50,406 bases of DNA. Origin: Promethearchaeota archaeon (GTDB lineage: Archaea > Asgardarchaeota > Lokiarchaeia > Sigyniarchaeales > SOKP01). Shown in pieces: positions 9,677 to 19,279 of this stretch; positions within the stretch are counted from its first letter, which is position 1; every line of letters begins with the position of its first letter. The DNA lies in contig JAHLWH010000066.1 of NCBI GenBank assembly GCA_019058015.1, positions 1 to 50,406 on the forward strand. The letters are read 5' to 3'. The position numbers were made by a program, and so were the translations under genes. The notes beneath the pieces were generated by a model. That model had not been told where the DNA came from. It made no database searches and saw only the letters and a program-made list of their open reading frames with translations.

Positions 9677-10966
9677 ATGAATCTTTTCTTGATAAATACT
9701 CACCATATCATATATTGTTGGAGCTATACAGATTAACTTTTTATTCATATTCATTTTCGCTTTCTTAATCATATTGATGAAATCCTCACTAAAATTATGA
9801 GGCCTGATAAAAACAATAGTAGAAAAATTTGGATCACTATCAAGAGCTATAAGTGCTTTATAAAATACATCGTATACCGTTCCGCTTCCACCTAAATCAA
9901 GAGGATTGCGAATTATTGTATTTACTTCTGGTAAAAATTGGCTCAACCTTTCCTGTGTCTTAAAAGCTAGTTTTGGCACATTGATATTATATTTTTCCAT
10001 TATATCCGTTGTTTCGATTGAAATACCTCCACCAAGAGTAAGTATGCCCACATTCCTATTTTCGGGTAAATTTAAAAAATGAAAACCCATAGCTAATGTA
10101 ATTAATTCAATAGCACTGCCCACCAGACAAGCTCCTGTTTGTTTTGGTATAGCTTTCCAAATTTTCTTAGAGCCTGCTAATCCTCCTGTATGGGAAAAAA
10201 CGGCTTCTTTAGCAGATTCTCCAAATCCTACCTTCCATAAAATTACGGGTTTTCCTTTTAATGATAATTCTTTAACAACCTTTAAAAATTCTTGACCAAT
10301 TTTCTTATTTTTAATATTTTCTAAATAAAGTCCAATAATCTTCGTCTCATCATCGTTAATGAAATACTTTAAAAAATCTACAAAATTTAAATCTACTTGA
10401 TTGCCGATTGATATAACTTTACTCGAATACGTTCCATAAACGTATGCTCCCATATTAGATAAATAAATTGCTAATCCTCCTGACTGACAGATCAATCCCA
10501 AATTCCCAGATTTGGTTGTTTGAAATCTATTTATGGCTAATTTGCTTTTAGGAACATAGATTCCCAAGCAATTCGGCCCTAAAAATCTAATATTGTACTT
10601 TCTTGCAATTCTTATAAGTTCTTGTTCAAGTTCTGGTTTATTAATTTCAGAAAATCCTGATGAAAATATAGTTACAAATGGAATGTTCTTTTTTCCTACT
10701 TCTTCTAATATACTAGGGCATAACCTCGCAGGAACAGCGATAATAACATAATCGATTGGTTGACTATCTGGAATCTCTAAAATTGAGCTGTAAATTTTAA
10801 ATCCTTTTAATTTTTGCCCCTTCAAACGAGGATTAAAAAGAAAAATTGGTTTATCAAAATTGATTTTCATAAGAACGTTTAGGAAATATCCACCACCGAA
10901 ATCTTCATTATTAACTCCTATTATCCCAACAGCTCTAGGAAAGAATAATCTATCAAAATCTTTCAA
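9638..10966 (-). CDS. ADP-forming acyl-CoA synthetase alpha-subunit-like protein; C-terminus apparently deleted or frameshifted
   Basis: CoA-binding domain (FPRAVGIIG, FSSGFSE, GPNCLG), phospho-His loop SHTGGLAG and NPLDL. It lacks the final helix seen in the paralog at 11719..13212. Confidence 0.82.
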   Translation of the reverse strand: MKDFDRLFFPRAVGIIGVNNEDFGGGYFLNVLMKINFDKPIFLFNPRLKGQKLKGFKIYSSILEIPDSQPIDYVIIAVPARLCPSILEEVGKKNIPFVTIFSSGFSEINKPELEQELIRIARKYNIRFLGPNCLGIYVPKSKLAINRFQTTKSGNLGLICQSGGLAIYLSNMGAYVYGTYSSKVISIGNQVDLNFVDFLKYFINDDETKIIGLYLENIKNKKIGQEFLKVVKELSLKGKPVILWKVGFGESAKEAVFSHTGGLAGSKKIWKAIPKQTGACLVGSAIELITLAMGFHFLNLPENRNVGILTLGGGISIETTDIMEKYNINVPKLAFKTQERLSQFLPEVNTIIRNPLDLGGSGTVYDVFYKALIALDSDPNFSTIVFIRPHNFSEDFINMIKKAKMNMNKKLICIAPTIYDMVSIYQEKIHMKSMPIEQMNMI

Positions 10967-11170
10967 TATTCAATTAAAAAAAATAGTTAATAGAAAATAA
11001 CTCTTTCTTTTTTAAATTTTTAATAATAATGTCTAATAATGCGATAAGTATTATCAGAGTACAAGTATTTGGTGTTAACTAATTCTCCGAATAAAATTAA
11101 AAAAACCCAATATGAAATAATTTTATTTCACATAAAAATATTAATAAAGATTTTATCTATAATAATGAAT

Positions 11171-11656
11171 ATGTCTTCATCAACTACTCCACCCCCACCC
11201 CCACCTCGACGTAATATGAGATTGATCTCCTTAACAGAAATATACGAATCACAAGGAATAGACCTAACTCAAATTTTTTCAATTCAAGACATATTGGAAC
11301 AAGGACGTCTTCGATATGTTAGAGAATATAATAAGCTTTCAGAAAAAGAAAAGAATTATTTTCAAGAGTTCTTGGAATTAGGCTCGATTTGCCCAATTTG
11401 TAAATCAAAGAACCATGAAAGTTTTTTAAAGCGATTTTATTTTAGTAAAAATCAGAGAAATATAACCATAAAAAATATGTTGTTAAAAATAATGGAACAA
11501 ACAAAAGGTATGAGTTATAAGTTATCACTTGGAATTCCATGCTGTAAATGTTATAGAAAAGTTTTCAATGTAAATAGAAATAACTTAAACGGACAAGCAC
11601 GAAGAATTGAATTGAGGAATGGATTAATACGAATATTGGAAAGAAGAAACAGATAA
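11171..11656 (+). CDS. Hypothetical zinc-binding protein with N-terminal polyproline; paralog of 6717..7247
   Basis: MSSSTTPPPPPPRR, CPICKSKNH and GIPCCKCY. Start set at ATG 11171 by analogy with the paralog. Confidence 0.75.
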   Translation: MSSSTTPPPPPPRRNMRLISLTEIYESQGIDLTQIFSIQDILEQGRLRYVREYNKLSEKEKNYFQEFLELGSICPICKSKNHESFLKRFYFSKNQRNITIKNMLLKIMEQTKGMSYKLSLGIPCCKCYRKVFNVNRNNLNGQARRIELRNGLIRILERRNR

Positions 11657-11718
11657 TTAGTCTTTATATTAAATGATTCTTAGACCTAAAAAATACAATT
11701 TGAATGCTTTAATGAGAA

Positions 11719-13212
11719 TTATTTTAAAATATCAATAAATCGTTTCCTATATTTTTTTATTTTTTGACCATATTCATATAATGCTAAATAAGATTTTGCT
11801 GCCCTTTGAATTGTCGGATATATTAAAAAATCATTTTCTTTAAGCATTTTATAGAATATTTGCCGATCCTCATCAGGATATTCATGTAAAATAATTATAA
11901 GGATTTTATTAAGAGAATGCACATAATCCTTAATTCTAATTAAATTTTTAAAATAGCCTTGGAACCATTGTCCGCCAAATTTTCCGGGTGTATCAGTTTC
12001 TATTATTACCAAATCTATGTTTTCTGAAATGGCAACCTTAGAGATTTCATAAAATGCATCAATATAAGTAATCCACGGTAAATCTAAGGGATTTGAATAA
12101 GAACCTATCTTTATTGGATAAATTTCCATCAATTTTTCTTTTATTTTCCCTTCAAATAGCGGCATATTTAAACCTAATTTGGTTAAGCTATCTGTAGCAA
12201 GAATCCCGAATCCTCCAGACCATAAAATCACCAAAGTATTTTTTCCCTTAGGAAATGTGAGTTCCTTATTCAATTTTTCATGATTTCTCTTATCACTAAA
12301 AAAATGATTGAACATGTAAGCATAATCAATCATTTGTTCTAAGGATGTTTCTACCTCAATTGTTGGTGTTTGTTTAATAATAGCATCCCAAATATTCTGT
12401 TTTGTTGCTATTGACCCTGTATGACTTAAAACGGCTGTCTTAGAACGTTTTGTTGTCCCTCCATTCATAAATAATACGGGTTTTTTCATATGTTTTAGAA
12501 CACTGAATAACTTCTTTCCTTCTTCCCTGTGAAATCTTGAGAATCCTTCGAAATATACGCAAATAATCTCTGTTTCTTCATCCTGATTGTAATATTCTAA
12601 AATATCAGATATTTGCAAATCTACACAATTTCCTATACTAGCGCCTTTAGAAAATTTAAGACCATATCTTAAAAAACCAAATTTTATGAGTTTAGTATGT
12701 AGATCACCTGAATGGAAAACACTTGCGATATTACCACTTTCAATTGGGAATAAAAAATGATAAGCATTATGACCCTTAGGGCAATAAACACCCATACAGT
12801 TGGGACCAATTGCTCGCGTATTTATTTCCTTATTATCTAAAATTTCTTTTATTTCTTCTTCGATTTGACTTCCAATTTCATCAGATTCACCTGTCCCAGC
12901 TGTAAATATGTGGAAAAAATTAACCTTTTTAATACTTAAAATTTTTTTAATAGTCGGAACAAGTATCTCTCTCCTAACTGCTAATATAAAAAGATCAATC
13001 GTGTCTGCAGGAACTTCTTCAATTGTTTTATAACACTTAATATCATAAATTTCTGTTTCTGTAGGAGAAATTAAATAGAGATTATCAGTTTTAAATCCCT
13101 GTTTTTTAAAACCTTTTATAAAGTAACTTAATTTATATTTTGCTTCAAAAATAGCAATATTTCGTGGTTTGAACAATAAATCTAGTGAATTCAGATCTTT
13201 ATTATTCATCAA
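11719..13212 (-). CDS. ADP-forming acyl-CoA synthetase alpha-subunit-like protein
   Basis: GPNCMG, SIGNCVD, phospho-His loop SHTGSIA, SGGFG, NPLDLP and YPTIQRAAK. Confidence 0.82.
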   Translation of the reverse strand: MMNNKDLNSLDLLFKPRNIAIFEAKYKLSYFIKGFKKQGFKTDNLYLISPTETEIYDIKCYKTIEEVPADTIDLFILAVRREILVPTIKKILSIKKVNFFHIFTAGTGESDEIGSQIEEEIKEILDNKEINTRAIGPNCMGVYCPKGHNAYHFLFPIESGNIASVFHSGDLHTKLIKFGFLRYGLKFSKGASIGNCVDLQISDILEYYNQDEETEIICVYFEGFSRFHREEGKKLFSVLKHMKKPVLFMNGGTTKRSKTAVLSHTGSIATKQNIWDAIIKQTPTIEVETSLEQMIDYAYMFNHFFSDKRNHEKLNKELTFPKGKNTLVILWSGGFGILATDSLTKLGLNMPLFEGKIKEKLMEIYPIKIGSYSNPLDLPWITYIDAFYEISKVAISENIDLVIIETDTPGKFGGQWFQGYFKNLIRIKDYVHSLNKILIIILHEYPDEDRQIFYKMLKENDFLIYPTIQRAAKSYLALYEYGQKIKKYRKRFIDILK

Positions 13213-13562
13213 TATTCTAATATGGAAATAAAGTAAAAAAAATAACTTTTATTCTTTAAAAATAATTTTTTACTTAAATTTTGTTAAATCTAACTGTCTT
13301 ATTTTTTTGATTATTCAAATTAATAAAATGTGTGTCTCTCAAAATCATTAATAACGTAAAATTAACAGATTCCGGAAAAAACCCGAATTCTATGCCCTAT
13401 AGAATCGAATCGACGTATTTAAATTGCGGACAATCTTGACGTTTTTTAAAAACCAATATGATGTGTTTGGATAATCTCATGCGAGATTCAACCCAAATTT
13501 ATACTTTTTTTCTCTCAATTACCTTAAATCTCATTTTTTTTTACTTACAGATGTAAAATACC

Positions 13563-13610
13563 AGTCTATGTCCATGTCTAAGTCAATGTCTTAGTCTAAG
13601 TACAAGTAAG
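13563..13610 (+). repeat. Degenerate hexamer tandem repeat (8 units, WGTMNN)
   Basis: agtcta tgtcca tgtcta agtcaa tgtctt agtcta agtaca agtaag. Confidence 0.7.
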
Positions 13611-13792
13611 GGTTTGTTCGACAAAGACGCCTAATAATTAGATATTTAGAATGAGAATATATATCGAATAGGTTGTATGTATAAAAAAAAGAGAGATTTC
13701 TCGACAAAAAAAGTGGAAATTTAGCCAATTAAAAAGGGATTACCATAAATTGATGCATTACTCATCTGGAACTTAATCTTGAGAAAAAAAAT

Positions 13793-14608
13793 TTAAACAG
13801 GAATATCTCTTTTGTTAAAAATTACTATTGAGGCAATAACCATAACCACAGAATATCCAGATAGTATTAAGAAATCTCTTAGAACATTTTCATAACTATG
13901 GCTAACTAAAATTCTTGCGGGATCATAGTAAAAAAATAGGCTAATTCGCTTTATTTCTTGAATATCTTCTTCGAAATAACCGTAAAAATACCCCACTATA
14001 AAAAACAAAACCATCATCCCAAAAGCTAAACTAGTTGCTCTCTTTCTATTCAAGAAGACTGAAAAAAAGAATGCAGTCGTGGTTAAAGAAACAACAAACA
14101 AAAAAGCCCAAGTTAATGCCCAAAAGAGTTCTGAATAATCTATCTCTTGATCTTGAAGATTTGGTGAGATTTCAAACATTATAAAGGTTACAATTCCAAT
14201 GAAAAGTAAAACTAATAGAATAGAAAAAATAAATCTCATATATCTCCCAAGAATAAATTCCCTTCGTTTCAAAGGTTTGCTTAGAACTAGGTCTATTGTC
14301 TTATTCTCTATAGTAGTTGGTATATCTTGTCCCGCCTTTAAGATAAAATAAATTCCAAGCCAAAGCCAAATCATTGAAAGAAATTCAACTGTATAAAGTC
14401 CTCCAATTGTTCCTAAATCAAATGCTGATCCTACAATGTTCTTGATTATATCTGGATATGCGTCTATAATTTCTTCAAAACCCGCAAAGAGTTCGGGATC
14501 AAAAATTGCTATAATCATTATTACAAACAGACTCATAAAAAGAGATAGTATAAATGTAGCTTTAAAGCTCTTTTTGATTTCAATTTTTGCGATAGTAAAT
14601 AATTTCAT
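13793..14608 (-). CDS. ABC-2 type transporter permease
   Basis: About 6 TM segments, ENKTIDLVLSKPLKR and C-terminal FNKRDI. Coupled to the ATPase gene. Confidence 0.88.
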   Translation of the reverse strand: MKLFTIAKIEIKKSFKATFILSLFMSLFVIMIIAIFDPELFAGFEEIIDAYPDIIKNIVGSAFDLGTIGGLYTVEFLSMIWLWLGIYFILKAGQDIPTTIENKTIDLVLSKPLKRREFILGRYMRFIFSILLVLLFIGIVTFIMFEISPNLQDQEIDYSELFWALTWAFLFVVSLTTTAFFFSVFLNRKRATSLAFGMMVLFFIVGYFYGYFEEDIQEIKRISLFFYYDPARILVSHSYENVLRDFLILSGYSVVMVIASIVIFNKRDIPV

Positions 14609-15564
14609 TATCTCTCCTCCTCTGGATTGTCAATTTCATAATATTTCATAAAGATATCCTCGAGACTTGAATTATTAATATTGAAATCTTTTATATATTC
14701 CCCAGCCCATTGCATTTCACTAATATCATGCAGTAAATTTCTTTTTTTCTCTGGAGTAATCAAAAATTCAATGCGATTGACACTCTGTGATTTAACTGAT
14801 GCACTAGGAAACTGAGATTCTAGATATTGTACAAATTCCATCAATCCAGCATTTGATGTGAATTCTAGTTGAAAACTTTTCAATCCTTTCTGCTTTAGTT
14901 CGGAAATTTTTGAAATCTCCACGATTTTGCCATTGCGAATAATAGCAACTCGATTGCAGAATTTCTCGACTTCTGAAAGGAGGTGCGAGCATATAAAAAC
15001 TGTACAGCTAGTTTTTTCTTGCCTTTCTCTTATAATCTCAAAGAATTCTGATTGAATTAACGGATCCAGTCCAGCTGTTGGTTCATCTAAAATTAGTATA
15101 TCAAAATCTCCCATCAATGATGTAAGTATTCCCACCTTTTGTCTGTTGCCCTTGCTTAATTCTTGGATTGGACGACTTACATCTAACTTTAATCGTTCGG
15201 CGATATTTTTAATCTCATCCAAGTTAAAAGAAATATCATAAAGCTTACTTAAATATTTACAAATTTGAATAGCATTAAATTCAGGTTCTAAACCAAGCTC
15301 ACCCGGAATATAACCAATATGATTACGATAAGCTGTGTCTTTATTAGGGTTGATTTTTTCCCCTAAAATTGCAATTTCTCCCTTAACACCTCTCAAAAGT
15401 CCTAATATAGACCTAATAGTGGTGGTTTTTCCCGATCCATTCGGTCCAAGAAACCCGAATCTTTCTCCTTTTAATATACTAAATGAAATATCATCTACCG
15501 CTTTAACTACTTTCTTTTTAGTTTTATAATATTTCACTAAATTTTTAACTTGAATTACTTCCAT
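14608..15564 (-). CDS. ABC transporter ATP-binding protein
   Basis: Walker A GPNGSGKT, signature LSKGNRQ, Walker B ILILDEPT and SHLLSE. Confidence 0.93.
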   Translation of the reverse strand: MEVIQVKNLVKYYKTKKKVVKAVDDISFSILKGERFGFLGPNGSGKTTTIRSILGLLRGVKGEIAILGEKINPNKDTAYRNHIGYIPGELGLEPEFNAIQICKYLSKLYDISFNLDEIKNIAERLKLDVSRPIQELSKGNRQKVGILTSLMGDFDILILDEPTAGLDPLIQSEFFEIIRERQEKTSCTVFICSHLLSEVEKFCNRVAIIRNGKIVEISKISELKQKGLKSFQLEFTSNAGLMEFVQYLESQFPSASVKSQSVNRIEFLITPEKKRNLLHDISEMQWAGEYIKDFNINNSSLEDIFMKYYEIDNPEEER

Positions 15565-15708
15565 GTTATTGAATTTAGTTGATTGTAATATATTAATAAA
15601 TGAGCTTTTTTTTTTTGTATTCGAGAAAAAGTTAAAAATAATCTGAATTAAACAATAAATTATTTAATAAAATTAAATATTCTTAACTACATTAATTGTG
15701 AGGAAAGT

Positions 15709-16656
15709 ATGAATTATAAGGAAATAAAACGAGTTTTAGTGGTAGGGGCAGGCACAATGGGTCATTCCATTGCACAAGTATTTGCTCAACATGGAATTGA
15801 AGTTGATCTGGTTGATATAAAACAATCAACATTAGAACATGCTCTTAACTTAATAAAATCAAATTTGGAAATATTAGCAGAATTTGGACGAGTGTTAAAT
15901 GATGAGATTTCGGAAATTATTGAAAGAATTCATCCCTCAACCAATCTCATAACTGCCGCTCAAAATGCGGATTATGTTATAGAAGCAGTGAACGAAAATC
16001 CGGATATAAAGAAGACAGTTTTTTCACTATTAGATAAAAATTGCTCTGAAGATATAGTATTGGCAAGTAATACTTCAGGACTAGATATTTTTAGCATTGT
16101 AGAGGTTAAAAAACCTGAAAGATTAGTAATTCACCATTGGTTTTGTCCACCCCATATAATTCCATTAGTTGAAATAGTGCCAGGACCTAAAACACCTCCA
16201 GAACTGATTTCTTTCTCGGTTAAATTAATGGAAAGCCTTGGTAAAAAGCCAATTGTATTGAAAAAATTTACGCAATTATTTATTATCAATCGAATTCAAG
16301 GTGTTTTAAATCTCCAAGTTTATGAGATGATAGCAAAAGGCTGGATAACTCCCGAAGAAATTGATCTCGCAGTGAAAACTAGCTTGGGTATTCGATTACC
16401 AATTGTAGGTTTAGTTCAGACTCAAGATTTTACAGGACTTGATTTAATTCTTGATGTTCAAAAAAATATGCGTATGAATCGTAGATATCCTCAAGTGGAG
16501 AATTTAGTAAAGCAAGGACGTCTTGGTATTAAAACTAGCAAGGGTTTCTATAATTATGAAGGACGGAATGAAGAAGAAGTACTTAAAAAGAGAGATAGAC
16601 AATATTTAAAAATGCTAGATTTTCTTGAAAAAATAAACGCCTTTGAACCGGTTTAG
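15709..16656 (+). CDS. 3-hydroxyacyl-CoA dehydrogenase family protein
   Basis: VVGAGTMG, VIEAVNE, LASNTS, HWFCPPHIIPLVE and LGIKTSKGFY. Confidence 0.92.
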   Translation: MNYKEIKRVLVVGAGTMGHSIAQVFAQHGIEVDLVDIKQSTLEHALNLIKSNLEILAEFGRVLNDEISEIIERIHPSTNLITAAQNADYVIEAVNENPDIKKTVFSLLDKNCSEDIVLASNTSGLDIFSIVEVKKPERLVIHHWFCPPHIIPLVEIVPGPKTPPELISFSVKLMESLGKKPIVLKKFTQLFIINRIQGVLNLQVYEMIAKGWITPEEIDLAVKTSLGIRLPIVGLVQTQDFTGLDLILDVQKNMRMNRRYPQVENLVKQGRLGIKTSKGFYNYEGRNEEEVLKKRDRQYLKMLDFLEKINAFEPV

Positions 16657-16662
16657 TAATTT

Positions 16663-17148
16663 TTAATCCTTTATTTCATCAAGAAACACATATTTCTTAT
16701 CCAAAAAGAATTTGGTAAGATAACCAATACTTAGCGCAATAATAAAACTAATCTCAAGTGGTGTTCCAAAGAAATTAGTAAAAATAAATTGAATTCCAAT
16801 ATTTTCTATAGTCGTTAGAATTGCAAACAAGAAATATTTTATGAATTGTTGGGATGTTTCTTTAATCTCCATGCTTTTCTTCTTAAACACATAAAATTTA
16901 TCCAAGAAAAATTTAATAATATAAGTAATTCCAACGGCTATTATTGAACCTACGAATTCAGGCATATTGTATGGATCTGTTGAGCAATAAAACGTTTGAA
17001 TTAAATTAATTTCACTGAAATTCGCACAAATAAATGGTGCTAACCATATCTGATTAATTTTTTGGATTAAATAATTAAGACCAATCATTAGAGCGGCAAA
17101 AATAAAATAATATAACATTTGTTTTTTAATTTCATTTTCTTCTTCCAT
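16663..17148 (-). CDS. GtrA-like membrane protein
   Basis: Four TM segments with the repeated KFFLDKFYVF / KFFLDKKYVF ends and QFIKY typical of GtrA. Confidence 0.72.
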   Translation of the reverse strand: MEEENEIKKQMLYYFIFAALMIGLNYLIQKINQIWLAPFICANFSEINLIQTFYCSTDPYNMPEFVGSIIAVGITYIIKFFLDKFYVFKKKSMEIKETSQQFIKYFLFAILTTIENIGIQFIFTNFFGTPLEISFIIALSIGYLTKFFLDKKYVFLDEIKD

Positions 17149-17163
17149 AAAAATCCTCTCTTT

Positions 17164-17484
17164 TTACATTAATTTTACACCACAGTAGGGACAAAAACGT
17201 AAATTTAATTCTTTTATTTCATTTCCACAACTAACACATGTAAGATAATCTAATTCGGTAGATGATGATTTCTTTCTATATTCTGGACTTTCAGGGATTT
17301 CTCCCTCTTCAGTTTGTTCGATGCTTTCAAACTCAGATTCTCCTCTATTACGAGAAGAAGATGGCAAACAACAAATCAATGGGAAAAATAAAATGAAGGG
17401 AAAATTCAGGTTAAATATGAAAAATAGAATTATTATTAATATTCCAATTGAGAAAAATAATATTAATCTCGCCCGATAATTCAT
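17164..17484 (-). CDS. Membrane-anchored zinc-ribbon protein
   Basis: N-terminal hydrophobic segment and C-terminal CVSC...FCPYCG. Confidence 0.75.
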   Translation of the reverse strand: MNYRARLILFFSIGILIIILFFIFNLNFPFILFFPLICCLPSSSRNRGESEFESIEQTEEGEIPESPEYRKKSSSTELDYLTCVSCGNEIKELNLRFCPYCGVKLM

Positions 17485-17496
17485 TTCTACTCTATT

Positions 17497-18096
17497 TTAA
17501 CTTTTTATCTTATCTTTCCAAGCATCCTTTCTCATTTTTTCATCTTCTATATATTCATCATCCGGTTTTTCACTGACTTCTTCCAATTGAGATTTTGTGG
17601 GAATAGCTAATAATGAACTCTGGGATTTGCTTTGAACATGCCATAATGAGGTTGATTCAATTCCTTTTATTTTTCTATATATCAATCTAATTAAATATGA
17701 TACACCAAAAATACTAAAAGATGTTAATATGTATAATCCTGCCCAACCGTCTCCAATAAATAAAACTGGAAAAAATATCAAACCTGTCGAATAATCTGCA
17801 TATATTACCCCTAAAATTACCCATAATACCAAAAATATTATACAACACACCAACATTGGAACCGTTTGCTTTATCATCATCTGTTTCATCAAAGCCATAT
17901 ATTCTTTCTGTAATCTCGTAAATTCCTCAGCATCTCCTATAGCTTTATTTAATCGATTTTGCATCTCTTTTGTTTTATCTGTAAGTTCATTCCTTTCTGA
18001 AGCTGATTGACCGAATATTTTATTAAACACTAATCGACTGAAATAAACAATAACAGTTATCAGTACAATTTGTAAAATTATTATCTCATTTGCCAT
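17497..18096 (-). CDS. DUF106 / EMC3-TMCO1 (Oxa1 superfamily)-like membrane protein
   Basis: TM1, then a coiled coil (KEMQNRLNKA...LQKEYMALMKQMMIKQTVPM), TM2, and GWAGLYIL TM3. This is the family architecture. Confidence 0.68.
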   Translation of the reverse strand: MANEIIILQIVLITVIVYFSRLVFNKIFGQSASERNELTDKTKEMQNRLNKAIGDAEEFTRLQKEYMALMKQMMIKQTVPMLVCCIIFLVLWVILGVIYADYSTGLIFFPVLFIGDGWAGLYILTSFSIFGVSYLIRLIYRKIKGIESTSLWHVQSKSQSSLLAIPTKSQLEEVSEKPDDEYIEDEKMRKDAWKDKIKS

Positions 18097-18196
18097 CTAT
18101 TAAATCACTTAATATGATAAATCTGTATTCAAATTAAATTTTGGTAATTTACTTTTAAACTAAACAGAATAAAATTAATGTGTATAATAAACTTAC

Positions 18197-19279
18197 TCAT
18201 CTTAAATTTCCCTTCAAATAAGCTGAAATATACTTCTCATATAATAACTTAAGGCTTGTCGGTATTGAAGTAGCGATGGCGCATCCTAGTCTGCATCCAT
18301 CACAAAAATCATAATCATCATGTTTTTCCATAATTTCATATACTTCTTTAGATCGATATATTTTAGAGAGAGGTATCTTTAAAGCATTAAAACTATTTAT
18401 TGGGTGAAGCTTGCAGGGATAATCTACTTTTCCATCTTGTCTTACAAAGATGTAAGATCTAGAAACATGACACCTTAGAAAATTTTGGTAATACCTTGGA
18501 GGGCCCCCAAATCCTCCATTCCTTATTATCAATACTGTATAGAGGTCAGTTACCATATTAGAATATCTCTTTCGTAATTTTAAGACATTAGAACCCCATA
18601 TATTTATATCTGGAATAAAATCATTAATGTTTTCTATTCTATAAGCCTTACCATTTATCTCCCGTGTAATATCTTCAACGGGTAATATTTCTATTGTACA
18701 ATTTAAATCGTTTGCTAGAGAAACCATATCCTCCATCAAATTAAGATTTTCTTTCATAACAACAGTAGAGATAATCCCATTTATTCCTCTATCTTGCGCA
18801 ATTTTTATTCCTTCAATAGCTTTATCAAATACCTTAATCCCTCGATATCTATCATGTAATTTTGCATTAGGAAAATCAAGTGAAATCAATATATAATCTA
18901 AACCGTCAAAAGGATATTTTTTAAGCAATTTTGGTAATAAAAAACCATTTGTAGCAACACCCGTATAAAAAGAATAATTTTTTCCAATATATTTAATAAG
19001 ATCTGGTAGATCCTTTCTTAATGTTGGCTCCCCACCTGTAAAAGAAACTGAATTTACTTTTAATATGTCCAATTGGTCAATTATACTCTTTATCTGTTCC
19101 GTTGTCATATCTGGTCCTAAAGCAGATTTTGGAATTGAATGTAACGTACAAAAGGGGCATTTACCATTACAATCTAGCGTTAGTTCAACTTGGGCGCTGT
19201 ATGGAGTTGGAATATTAAGAAGATTGTTTTTTACTAAATTCTTAATGTATCGAAACCAATTAATTTTTTTAGCTGGAAT
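18197..19279 (-). CDS. Radical SAM protein with C-terminal twitch/SPASM-like domain; non-canonical start inferred
   Basis: CNGKCPFC lies at 19171-19148, upstream of the first ATG (19108), in an open frame. FTGGEPTLR, ATNG and C-terminal C...C...CDGC are present. ATT at 19279 follows GAGGAAGGT. Confidence 0.85.
   Translation of the reverse strand: MPAKKINWFRYIKNLVKNNLLNIPTPYSAQVELTLDCNGKCPFCTLHSIPKSALGPDMTTEQIKSIIDQLDILKVNSVSFTGGEPTLRKDLPDLIKYIGKNYSFYTGVATNGFLLPKLLKKYPFDGLDYILISLDFPNAKLHDRYRGIKVFDKAIEGIKIAQDRGINGIISTVVMKENLNLMEDMVSLANDLNCTIEILPVEDITREINGKAYRIENINDFIPDINIWGSNVLKLRKRYSNMVTDLYTVLIIRNGGFGGPPRYYQNFLRCHVSRSYIFVRQDGKVDYPCKLHPINSFNALKIPLSKIYRSKEVYEIMEKHDDYDFCDGCRLGCAIATSIPTSLKLLYEKYISAYLKGNLR

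Noticed and set aside
13690-13745. Possible ORB (replication origin) motif gtggaaat...aaaaggga
   Set aside because: Spacing does not fit the ORB consensus, it is single copy, and there is no cdc6/orc1 nearby.
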